Both the position numbers and the translations under genes were made by a program. The notes under the pieces were generated by a model that had not been told where the DNA came from, did not search any database, and saw nothing but the letters and a program-made list of their open reading frames with translations. This document shows, piece by piece, positions 10,276-21,279 of a stretch of 64,000 nucleotides of DNA. Source of the DNA: Octopus bimaculoides (lineage: Eukaryota); assembly GCF_001194135.2 (NCBI RefSeq), contig NC_068985.1, positions 53,775,841 to 53,839,840 of the forward strand, given 5' to 3'. Position 1 is the stretch's first letter, and each line of letters begins with the position of its first letter.

Positions 10276-10386
10276 CTTGTTTTGGCAGTGATTACAAATG
10301 TAAGAATGGGATGTGTCTTCCTATAATGAAAGTCTGTAATGGTCAACCAGACTGTGCTGATGGTGATGACGAATCAAGTGACTGCA
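10276..10386 (+). CDS. Internal exon encoding one LDLa module (ACFGSDYKCKNGMCLPIMKVCNGQPDCADGDDESSDC)
   Basis: tcttccAG acceptor, GTATGT donor, six Cys, DCADGDDE motif, 111 nt, phase 1-1. Confidence 0.93.
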
Positions 10387-10400
10387 GTATGTAGATCATT

Positions 10401-10900
10401 TTAACTCTTTTGTTATCATATTTCTGTTGAAATACTTTGCCTTTGATTCAATTAATTTTGAAAATTATGAAGAATTTAGTGAAATAACTGTCATTGTTAA
10501 GGTGATGTTTGGAACATGAATTACTATGAAATTTTGATTAAAATTTCTGTTTTAGACCACTTTAAAACAGAAAATTTTTTATCACAAAACCAGATGTGCT
10601 CTCAGCCCTGGTTGATAGCAATAGGATAAAGTTAAAAAGATATGCTCAGCTTAATGTTTTTGTTGCCATATTTTCTGTTGAAATATATTTCCTTTATTTA
10701 ACTTAATTTTGAAAATAATGAAGAACATAGCAAAATAATTTTGCCATTATGGTTGGAATATAAATTAACATAATCTTAATATGAAGTTTTAATAAAGAAT
10801 TTAATAAGGTAACTTTGTACTTATTGAACATGAATTTTTGTTGGAAGGTTTGAATTTAGATGACTTTAAAAAAAACAAGGGGTTTGTATTAGGAAGTTAC
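10401..10900. repeat. Two tandem degenerate copies of a ~250 bp AT-rich interspersed repeat (possibly a TTAA MITE)
   Basis: CATATTTCTGTTGAAATA..AATTTTGAAAAT(T/A)ATGAAGAA block at ~10418 and ~10668; first copy starts at TTAAC. Confidence 0.45.
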
Positions 10901-10918
10901 GGTTAATGTTGGGAGGAT

Positions 10919-11125
10919 TACTGAACTGCTTTGCCAATGGGTTCCACAAGGTAAAAGAAGACATGGCCGACCAAAGGAAACGTGGCGGAGAACAATAACA
11001 AAAAAACTTAAAAGCTGAGGGTTAACAATGGAACAAAGTGTCAAGGATGCTTTTAGTGTTGGAAGGTGGAATGATCTTGCTGTTGCCTCAAGTGCCACAA
11101 GACACAATGAGAACCAAATGTAATG
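10919..11125 (+). mobile_element. 5'-truncated RTE LINE 3' end with 15 bp target-site duplication
   Basis: QWVPQGKRRHGRPKETWRRT motif, (TGTAA)n tail, TAATGTTGGGAGGAT at 10904-10918 and 11126-11140. Confidence 0.85.
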
Positions 11126-11574
11126 TAATGTTGGGAGGATGAGTATCAAAAGAGTAAACAAATAATTTACATTCTCTCTCAGACCAACTTCATTTCATTA
11201 CATCATTGTTGTTCTTAAGGTTAACCCTGACCCAGTACACCTTTGGTCAAAGCTAGTCCATCCATGACCTTCTCATCTTACTTTTCTCTTCAGTCATAAT
11301 ATATTTATGATTACATTATCCAATGTATCCTTTGTTTTTATTGGTTATCTTTCGATTGTTTATAAACACAATATGATATGATGTAACAGATATTTAGTTG
11401 CTATTTTTAGGAAGTTGGGTAACCACATATAGGATTTATAAGTTCCCTCTCCATTCAGTTTCATGATACTTATACAATGTTTATTAATTAAGGACCTAAA
11501 GTAACATTCAAAGGATTCTTAACTGTCTGAAAAGGGATCTGAGTTCCCAAACCACAGATTGAATTTGACAATTG

Positions 11575-11932
11575 TGACTGTGTAGTTAAGAAGTTTGCTC
11601 CTTAATCACATGCTTTTGAGTTCAATCTTACTGCATGGTACTTTTGGCAAGTGTCTTCTTCTATGGCTGTGTAAGTGGATTTGGTAGATGGAAACTGACA
11701 GAAGTGTGTGTGTGTTGATATTGCATGATTGTTGTAAATGTATGTCACTGTTAGACAAGCACTGTCCTTCATTTCCAATCTCCTGTGAGACCATGTCTGG
11801 CCATGGGGAAATATAACTTTACTTGAAAACAGGTGAGGGTTGGCTACAGGAAGGGCATTCAGCTAAGAATACTTGCCTCAATGAATTCTATCTGGCCCAT
11901 GTCTATGGAAATATGGAAAAGTGGATATTAAA

Positions 11933-11970
<38 letters not shown>

Positions 11971-11990
11971 TAACAACAACAACAACAGAA
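11575..11990 (+). mobile_element. CORE-type SINE with (GAT)n/(CAA)n tail
   Basis: tRNA-like head, TTTGGCAAGTGTCTTC core, GGAAGGGCATTCAGC, tail AAAATG(ATG)n. Confidence 0.7.
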
Positions 11991-12635
11991 ATAACTACCC
12001 CTTTTTGTTGTCATACAGCTCATGCCACTCTCACATGATATCAAGACAAGGAATCACACACATGCATATGCCAACTCTTTGATGCTGTTATTTAGATCAT
12101 ATGAGATCTGTGTGAAGCTTCATAACTGCAACAACAGTAACAACTATATAACTCTGACCAAATAATGATATAATGTGCAATCTCATTTATCTGATTGTGG
12201 AACAATCCAAATTTAATAATGGCATAATTTGTCCAGTATTGAATTCCCTCTTGTTGTTTGAATGATATAAGAAATAAGACAAAGAATACACAAGTTGATA
12301 AAGCAGGAATGATTTGATATAGACATAAATTGATACTAATATTAATACTAATAATAATAATAGTTATCCTTTCTGCTCTAGGTACAAGGCCTGAAATTTT
12401 GTGTGGAGGGTATAAGTTATTTTCATTGACCCCAGTGCTCATCTAATTCTTGTTTTATTGATCCTGAAAGGATAGCAAACTTTGCCTTCCATTCTTTTGA
12501 GGGGTCAATAAAATAAGGAGCAGTTGAGTACTGAGGTCGATATAATCAACTAACCCCACTGTCTGTAATTGCTGGCATTGTGTTATAGCAGAAAGGATTA
12601 TTATTATTGTTATTGTTATTATTTTTATAATTATT

Positions 12636-12821
12636 CTGACTGGCCTTCGTGCCGGTGGTGCGTAAAAGCACCCACTACACTCTCGGAGTGGTTGGCGTTA
12701 GGAAGGGCATCCAGCTGTAGAAACTCTGCCAAATCAGATTGGAGCCTAGTGTAGCTATCTGGTTCACCAGTCCTCAGTCAAATCGTCCAACCCATGCTAG
12801 CATGGAAAGCGGACGTTAAAC

Positions 12822-12860
<39 letters not shown>
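12636..12860 (+). mobile_element. 3' part of the (GAT)n-tailed retroposon
   Basis: High identity to the reverse complement of 1195-1400. Confidence 0.8.
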
Positions 12861-12861
<1 letters not shown>

Positions 12862-13831
12862 CTACTGGGGTCAGCTTTGCCTTTCATCCTTTCAGGGTTG
12901 ATAAATTAAGTTCCATTGAAAGACTGGGGTCGATGTAATCAACTAGTTCCCTACCTTCAAATTTCAGGCCTTGTGCCTATAGTTGAAAGGATTATTATTA
13001 TTATAAATAATAATGATAATAATGACTCTGTGGTTGAGAAGTTTGCTTCCAGCCACATGATTCCAGGTTCAGTCTCACTGTGTGCCACCTTGGGCAAGTG
13101 TCTTCTTTTATAACCCCAGGCCAACCAAAGCCTTGAGAATAGATTTGGCACTGAGAAAATGTACCTCCTGCATATGTAAACACACACACACACACACATT
13201 ATATGCATATGTATGTATGTGCACACACATTTTTCTATGTGTGATTGTTTATATCTGTAATCACACAAAAGTTTGGCAGGTGATGTTGCTTCCAGTTTCT
13301 CGTGTCAACAAATCATTCAGGCACTTCAAAGCTGTGTGAAATAAGTGATTTCTTACTAGAAAAACAGGTGAGAATTAGCACCAGGAAGAACATCTGACTA
13401 AAAGAATTCCTCAACATATTCTTCCAACCCATGCAAGTATGGAAAAGCAGATATAAAACAAATAAATGAAATAACTAATATTATCTCAAGCCAAAATTAG
13501 TTTGGTACTCTTTTCCCATACATTTCTGTTTGCTACTTGTGTTAGAATCAACAAAAGGGTGGTTAAGAAGCTCACCTTGCAACCATGTGGTTTTGGGTTC
13601 AGTCCCACTGTATGACATTGTGGGCAAGTATCTTGTACTTTAAGAAGTACATATTTTAGTAAAAATATATTAAAGAATAAGCTACATTTATAGGTTCTGG
13701 AATTTAAAGCTTCTTGATGAATCAACAGAAATTTGTGCATGTGTGTATATGCATAAATGTATGTGTGTATGTATATGCGTGAGTATGTATGTATGTAAAC
13801 ATATATATATATACATACATACATACATACA

Positions 13832-13867
<36 letters not shown>

Positions 13868-14384
13868 TNNNNNNNNNNNNNNNNNNNNNNNNNNNNNNNN
13901 NNNNNTATATATATATATATATGTATGTATTAGAAAAGAATATGTTTTTCTAACAGAAAATGCTAAGATTTAATTAACTGCTACACTACCCATCTATCCT
14001 TCTACCATTCCACTTCACTCTTCTAAACTTGAAAGAATTCCTTTGCCACACTTTGTTGTAAACATGCCTTTGTGTACGATCAAATGTAATAACGTCTGTG
14101 CATTGCCCACACTGCTGTGTACAGCATATAGTTTAGTGGGTTGTGATGGTGCAATAAACCAGTAAACAACATCTGTAATATTGTAGTGCAGCTACTGTGT
14201 TGTGTTGTTATATTATATGGGTTTCATTTATCTATGCATGTGTGTGTGTGTTTGTGTTGGTGTAGAGTAATGAGTGTGTTCGGGCTAATTGTGATAGATT
14301 ACCTGCAGTACTAAATAGATTTGTTTCACCATACAATGAAGTTGTATTAATATAGACTTAAAATAGCTTCGATAGCATGCAGAA

Positions 14385-14469
<85 letters not shown>

Positions 14470-14880
14470 TATTATCACACAATTCCTCTATCAGTCACTC
14501 CTTCTCTCTTTTGTCATTCACTCTATCTTGTCTGTCTGTCTCTCTTTCTCTGTCTTCCTCCCCCCCTCTCTCTGTTTGTCACTCTCTCTCTCTCTCGGTT
14601 TGTCACTCTCTCTCTCTCTCGGTTTGTCACTCTCTCTCTCTGTCACTTTCTCTCTGTTTGTCACTCTCTCACCCTCTGTGCCACTTACTCACTCACTCAC
14701 TCTCTCTGTCTCTCACTCACTCTATTTTATTGTCACATTCTTGCTTACACACTTTCTCAATGTCACTCACTTTCTCTCTTTCTGTTTCTCTCTCTCTCAC
14801 TCTTACTCCTTATCTCAGTCTCTCACCCACTTTCAGTCTAATTGACAACACTCATCTGTCTGTCTCTCTCTCTCACTCAC
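14385..14880. repeat. (CT)n microsatellite decaying into a CT-rich compound repeat
   Basis: Direct reading; explains the Ser/Leu-rich ORFs at 14377-15084. Confidence 0.95.
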
Positions 14881-15307
14881 TCTCAAAATGTGGGAAAGAA
14901 GGTGGAAGAGGAAATAAAAGAGGAAAAACTAAATTCTTTCTCAGAGGATCTGAAATATTGCCTAAAGGAAATTAAAATTCACACACACACATACACACCC
15001 AATCTTACAAACACATATACATACACAAGTACTCACACAAGTATACAAAGAAAAACACACACACAAACAGAAGCACAAACTTAGAAATCACATACATACA
15101 CAAATACACACACACACACACATGCGCACATATATACATAGAAAATAATTACACATATATCATTAATTATGCACTTATAGCAGTTATAAATATATAGCTA
15201 TACACATAGTATAGTGAATTGTGCATGAATGCATTCATGTTATTCATCTACACATAGCATTTTTAGTATACTTACTATTTGTCTGTTCTTATATCTATCT
15301 GTCTGTC

Positions 15308-15369
<62 letters not shown>

Positions 15370-15877
15370 AATCTATCTATCTATCTCTCCTTTCTCTCAC
15401 TATATGTCTGTCTCTTTGTTTGTCTAAACATGGAAGACTTCCAAGATGCATCCATACATAGCTACATGCTTACATACATGTATGTATGATAGAAGTCAGC
15501 TCAATAATGAGTATTACCATCTTTTGTTAATGAGCTGCAAAGCAAAGATTACTTTTTAATCCAGCTGATGTTGTGCAGCTTTTGCTAAAACTATTACATA
15601 AATGTCTCTTCTCGGTTAAATGCCATACAGAATCATGACAACTGACATTGTGTACAGTCATATGTCTCTTCAGACCATGAAATCAAAGGACATTTACATT
15701 TTACATGATTTGCTGGCACATATAGACATACATATACAGTTTTGTATTATACCCAAACAATCACATGCACACACATNNNNNNNNNNNNNNNNNNNNNNNN
15801 NNNNNNNNNNNNNNNNNNNNNNNNNNNNNNNNNNNNNNNNNNNNNNNNNNNNNNNNNNNNNNNNNNNNNNNNNNNNA

Positions 15878-16118
15878 AGAAGCCCGTCGTATATATGTAT
15901 ATATATGTGTGTCTGTGTTTGTCCCCATAGCATTACTTGACAACCGATGCCAGTGTGTTTATGTGCCCGTAACTTAGCGGTTCGGCAAAAGAGACCGACA
16001 GAATAAGTACTAGGCTTACAAAGAATAAGTCCTGGGGTCGATTTGCTCGACTAAAGGCGGTGCTTCAGTATGGCCGCAGTCAAATGACTGAAACAAGTAA
16101 AAGAGTAAGAGTAAAGAG
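15878..16118 (+). mobile_element. 3' half of CORE-type SINE (5' part lost in gap)
   Basis: AAGAAGCCCGTCGTATATATG..GGGGTCGATTTGCTCGACTAAAGGCGGTG..(AGAGTAA)n tail; sister copy at 22087-22300. Confidence 0.85.
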
Positions 16119-17231
16119 TTAAATTCTAGAACTACAATCAGAAGAAGATCAAAATGCCGAAGAGAACCTGACACAGCACGAACGAACAAGCAAAAGAGGG
16201 AAATGTACAGTTACATAAATACGACATTAACATCAAAAAATATCGAAGTAAACATAGACATCTCGTCATCGGCTGCTCTACTCTAACAAATATATAAAAA
16301 TTCAATGTCTATAACCAACCAGCAATAAGAAATTATTTGAGTCCGCAGCTTAGTAAACGAAATGAAACTGACATTAAATTGGCGTTTATTAAACGAGTCT
16401 GTTTATTGCTATTAAACGGAATTAAATAAGACAAAAACCATGTTCTAATCTTTTACCTTTTACTTGTTTCAGTAATTTTACTGCGGCCATGCTGGGGCAC
16501 CGCCTTGAACTAGTGTTATACATTAAAGAAAAAATAACAAAAATGGCGAGTAACGTAAAAAAAAATCCTATAACCATAATCGTAGTTCCAGCTTTACTCA
16601 TAAGTTGCATGCACAAGATGATCTTGCTGAAGTAGTTGAACTCAGAAGACAAAATACAGCTTTTTGCTATACTTAGAGATGTAGATAATAAAAAGACTAG
16701 GGAGATAAACATGTATACCATTAACCCCCCTTCAAACACTGAGAAACTCACTTTTCCAACATATGTTAACTAATCAAACCCAGTCAAGCAATACAATCTG
16801 TTAATGGTAAAATAATAAACTAAATCCTGTGTGGGTACCTAACTATAAAGTTCCATTTTAATGAAGAACTTGTTTTCAAAATTAAAAATAACGTTTCGTG
16901 TTGTTTCGAAAATTATTATATATTTTAACATGCAACAGTTACTAAGAACGTTATCCTGGCCAGACTGGCTTGTCATTTCATCGTCACCAAATTTGGGAGC
17001 AATCCACAAGAAAATTTTGTAGTCAAGAAATAAATAATTGCATGAGGTCTCTTAAAAGCTCTGGATTTTGCCAAACCCTTACAGTTGTTAGGAACATCGG
17101 CATTCTTGCATGTCAAGAAAATGTTTGCGTTTTAAGAGGAAGTAACCTGAGTAAAAAGAAAACGGTGTAGAACTACTTGATATACCAATGGGTACTCATG
17201 ACGGGGTAGATATGTGTGTGATTATACGTTA

Positions 17232-17447
17232 CAGTAATCCCTCGCCATGGCGTGGTTCACTAATCGCGGTTTATTATTTAAGCTTACGTCGATTCCTCCG
17301 TGGTGTTGTTTTGCCTTTATAATAAAATATACAAATTATAGAAATAATAAATAAAATATACAGTACAGTATTGTTTCTACTTCGCGGATTTTCATCTATC
17401 GCGAAGGGTTTGGTAATGTAATACCCGCGATAGTCGAGGGATTATTG
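17232..17447. mobile_element. Tigger/pogo-like MITE
   Basis: TA|CAGTAATCCCTCG...CGAGGGATTATTG|TA: 13 bp TIR (12/13) with TA target duplication, 216 bp. Confidence 0.8.
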
Positions 17448-17454
17448 TACATTA

Positions 17455-17860
17455 TGGATTCTTTCCGCAAATAATTAAATCAGAGAGCAGGCATATACAG
17501 AGATGACGGGTTAATTACTACTCGAAATATGAGTGGATACCAATTGGATATGCTTGGGTAGGATTTGATTCCATTCTTCTGTCCTGTGGATTTAAAAATC
17601 ACAGTAGATACGATTCTGAGTATTATTAACTTCTTAGATTTTATCTTGGACTTACACACCAGTAGATTTAAATCCTACCGTAATTCTAATGAGAAGCTTC
17701 TCCCTATTAATAAGCAATCTAATAGCCCTCATAATAATACCACGAATCTAGTTTCTTATATAAATAAACTAATTTCTTCTCTACATCTAGATGACGCCTT
17801 TTTCAATAGTACCGCCTCACATTACAATAGAGTACTCAGAAGATTTGTCGCTTTATCCGG
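17455..17860 (+). mobile_element. Penelope-like element (Neptune-type) reverse transcriptase fragment
   Basis: GIYRDDGL..LKITVDT..INFLDFILDLHT..YRNSNEKLLPINKQSNSP..FFNSTASHYNRVL, matching the PLE RT pattern YRDDGL / VNFLDVTL / YINKxSNHP. Confidence 0.75.
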
Positions 17861-17974
17861 CATTCAGTGTTAATATATAAACTAATGAAGCTAGAAAATT
17901 CTTAAATTTGGTATTTAGAATGAAAGTAAAGTCATGGAGCAACCCCAAAGTAAATTACTGGACTTTTATTTATG

Positions 17975-18275
17975 CGCCCTTTTAAAGCCTAGCCAGGCTC
18001 ATGGGCCCGGTTTCCCGGTATCTATGACGTATGTGTTCCCCCCGGCTGGACGGGATGCCAGTCTATCGCAGCGTTACTCAAGAAACAGGAAGAAAGAGTG
18101 AAAGAAAGTTGGAGCGAAAGAGCACAACAGAGGTCGCCACCAGCCCTTGCCGGAGCCTCGTGGAGCTTAAGGTGTTTTCGCTCAATAAACACACACAACG
18201 CCCGGTCTGGGAATCGAAACCGCGATCCTCCGACCGCGAGTCCGCTACCCTAACCACTGGGCCATTGAGCCTCCA
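17975..18275 (-). mobile_element. tRNA-derived SINE (TGGAGGCGCAATGGCCCAGTGG head)
   Basis: Reverse complement gives A box TGGCCCAGTGG and B box GGTTTCGATTCC; head shared with 24940-25285 and 39000-39607. Confidence 0.8.
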
Positions 18276-18689
18276 CAAATTACTGGACTAAGTGGAGTAA
18301 ATGCTTTCGAGCATTCAGTTTTGACTCCCTTCTGATTCGAGTTTTAAACTCTAGGAGCGTTGACTTTTCCTTTCTTTGCGTTAAGGTTGATACCATAAAT
18401 ACCAGGTTTTTACTTGAATAATAAAAATGTATGAGCTCGTCATATTGAGAAAGTAGCATTTCCAATAAAACGCTGATTGAATGACAGAATCTCTATGCGG
18501 TCATCTGATTTCCTAAAAATAAAGGTTACATCTCTTCTAAATAAGGCAGGACACAAATAATGTAATAATAAATACGCCGACTTAGAAAGAAATATAAAGA
18601 CGGTCACTGTTAGATAGTTTTTTTATCATAGGTCTGTAGGATCAGGTATGACAAAGTTAAATATCATGCCTTAGAGGAATTACCATGAG

Positions 18690-18820
18690 CTCTGCGAGCC
18701 CCTTGTTAGAATGGCTGTTCCAGCGCATCTCTCTCGCTACCCTTCGGGGTAACGCCTTTTCCATTTTGACTGCTATAACCATGAGGCGGTCCGAATTACA
18801 GGAAATCGAGAGAATGTAAG
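18690..18820 (+). mobile_element. C-terminal remnant of a CRE-like RLE non-LTR retrotransposon
   Basis: Translation EWLFQRISLATLRGNAFSIL matches the QRISLAIQRGNAxSIL terminus typical of CRE-clade RLE ORFs. Confidence 0.55.
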
Positions 18821-19814
18821 AATTTCGTATGTCATGTCTGGAGTTGTCTCCCATGCTTGCCGAAATAATTAAAGTTTATTTGTTTATAATTCGCCATATA
18901 ATTATTTATAGTTAACTTCTCAATGATCTTTGTATTACATATATTAACACTGACTTAACTATTATGTTTTATGCGGACGGTATTTTTGAGTTACGAACTC
19001 AATTATATTTTAGAAATGTTACATGATTTATATGAGTCGTGAATGCGTTTGCGTGTATCAAAAAATAACAAGTACTCGAGTTTCACTTGGTGGTTGATCT
19101 CAACTGTAAGGAGAATCAATTACTTCTGAAATACGCACACGCGTGTGTGTGCGCGCGTATATACGAGCTGATATGGGCGTCTCTTCATGGTTACTTGACC
19201 TGTTAGAAATAGCAGGATCATCTATCTCAATCAACACCCTACAGTCTTGATAAAGAGAAGCGCACTTTGGGTAATGTAGTCTCAGGTACATTATGTCTGG
19301 AAGATGGGATGGTCACAGATGGAAAACTTTTGATCGAAGATCTGCTGGACTTACAGTAGCCAATATCTACAACAACGACAACAACAACAAATACATGTTG
19401 AATGTTTGCAGTTTGCTTCTTGTTATTTGCATTTTTTTCTGAGCAACAATGTTTTGAAAATAATATTAAATATCAATGAAAATTGACAACTTTACTTAAT
19501 TCTTCCTATACACAGTAGATAACCTCCAACTGTAGGGGTGTACCCCACGTCACCACACCTCTCAAATATTTCAGCGAAGTCCTAAAACTTCATGTAATCC
19601 TCCCGCCAGTACTTTCTCTCCACACTGCCACGGCCACCAACGCAGCTTAGGGTTATTTCCTACAACTCCAGATTTGTGATAAGCAAACTGACTGCAGCAA
19701 CCAACTGTGAATACACAGGTTAGACAGGTTATCCACAATGTTTTAGGTGAAAAAAAATTAAATACCAGATGGTATATTCTTGTAGACAGAGTTTGTGAAG
19801 ATATCCTACACTAT

Positions 19815-20543
19815 AGGGCTTTCCTATAAGTAGGTTATCTCCCTTGGCTAGGCGGCGCTCCATGTAGATAATTAAACTTCCGGAGGCTACCCACGCCATT
19901 GTTATTGTTTTACGTCTTATTATGGGTATAACGCAGCTTGATGATTCAGCTATCGAAGTACTTACTGTGCCTGAGTTAAAGAAATATTTAAGATTATATG
20001 GACAGTATGTTACTGGAAGAAAGGCGGACTTGACTGAAAGGTTGAAAGGAATAAAAATTCTGTCGATGAAGAATGTCAACAAAGTAAATTCATCGGACGA
20101 TAAGTCTGAAGTATCGGACGATACTTCAGACAGGAATAAGCAGAAGCTTATATCTCCTCTCGGTGAAGAATTGCCTGATCTAAAGATCTTTGTAAGTTGC
20201 CGAATTTCACAGATAATGACATAATTACCTCGTGCTACGGATGAAAGCAAAGCAACAGTTAAGGAGTGACATATTTTACCACGACAGACACGTACACAGC
20301 ATCGAATACCACGATGTGAGTGAAAGCTGCTCTCACTGTATTGTCCGGTGTCTGGTAATCCCTTCGATACCGACATCAAACCAAAAAAAGAATCCTGACC
20401 ACAGAGTGTGGGTAATTATGTCAAGTGTCACTGGCGATGTGCATTCAGCTGATTGCAACTGTTAAAGCAAGTCACTGAGCATGCGTACATGTCATACGGG
20501 ATAGTTCCAATCAGGGGTGGATAACACCTTATAGGAAAGCCCT
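19815..20543 (+). mobile_element. Internally deleted ISL2EU-like (PIF/Harbinger-related) DNA transposon, 729 bp
   Basis: Perfect 16 bp TIR AGGGCTTTCCTATAAG (19815-19830, 20528-20543) flanked by AT on both sides; internal SAP and SWIM-start coding sequence. Confidence 0.75.
19922..20465 (+). pseudogene. SAP domain plus truncated SWIM region of a transposon accessory ORF (frameshift near 20192-20225)
   Basis: LTVPELKKYLRLYGQYVTGRKADLTERL is a canonical SAP motif; then DI-Y-YLV..HRVWVIMSSVTGDVHSADCNC, truncated after the first CxC of SWIM. Confidence 0.75.
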
Positions 20544-20652
20544 ATACGACATACTCATGTAAAGATATTTTACACCGCACCAAATTATATATATATATAT
20601 TTATATTTTGTAGAATACCAACACATCGGCACTTCTAACTTTGTTTACAAAG

Positions 20653-20689
<37 letters not shown>

Positions 20690-20861
20690 ACACTCACACT
20701 CACACACACACACACATATCTATACGTGGACTGATCAGTAAGTATCAGGACTGTTGCCAAATTAACGAAGCTAATGTAGAGTACAGCCGCTTGGCACAGA
20801 TTGATCTTGAACTTTGCTGTGCATGCCCACTAAATTTCAAAATTCTCGCTTATTCAGTTTA

Positions 20862-21270
20862 ATGCTGGAAAATTCGAAGCCCTGCGCTACCAGCGCTCAT
20901 AACTGAAAGTAAAACTTACAGGGTACTCTGGCCCACAGGGGATTACAATCCCAGAACCTAAATCAGTGTCAGACCTGGGTATCGACATGAGTGATAACTT
21001 TTTCTAAGTGCACATTGCCAAGATGGTGACAAACTGCAGACACCTGACTGGCTGGATCCTGAGAACTTTCAGAATCAGAGAGAAGGAAACCATGATGGTC
21101 CACTGGAGGACATTCTCCCTCAGCCACTTGGATTACTGCTCCCAGCTATGATCACCCGACAGTGTAAAATTAACAGCAGACCTTGAAGCAATTCATCGAA
21201 GATTCACAAAGAAGCTCGTCTCATTGCAACAGTTCAGCTACTGGAAAAGGCGCAGAAGCGGCTGTGTGGC
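20862..21270 (+). mobile_element. Decayed CR1-like LINE ORF2 3' fragment
   Basis: FNAGKFEALRY..SVSDLGIDM..GWILRTF..HLDYCSQLxSP..LEAIHRRFTK with stops and frameshifts. Confidence 0.7.
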
Positions 21271-21279
21271 AAGAAGTTT

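Noticed and set aside
14030-14165. Cys-rich frame CTIKCNNVCALPTLLCTAYSLVGCDGAINQ as a fifth LDLa exon
   Set aside because: Wrong Cys spacing, no DxSDE motif, in-frame stop and no matching splice sites
16150-17170. Possible N-terminal remnant of the Penelope-like element upstream of the RT fragment
   Set aside because: Only vague similarity (GLSF.., basic helical stretches) with many stops; insufficient support
19729-20379. 216 aa minus-strand ORF
   Set aside because: Antisense shadow of the SAP/SWIM coding strand and runs past the TIR; no motif of its own
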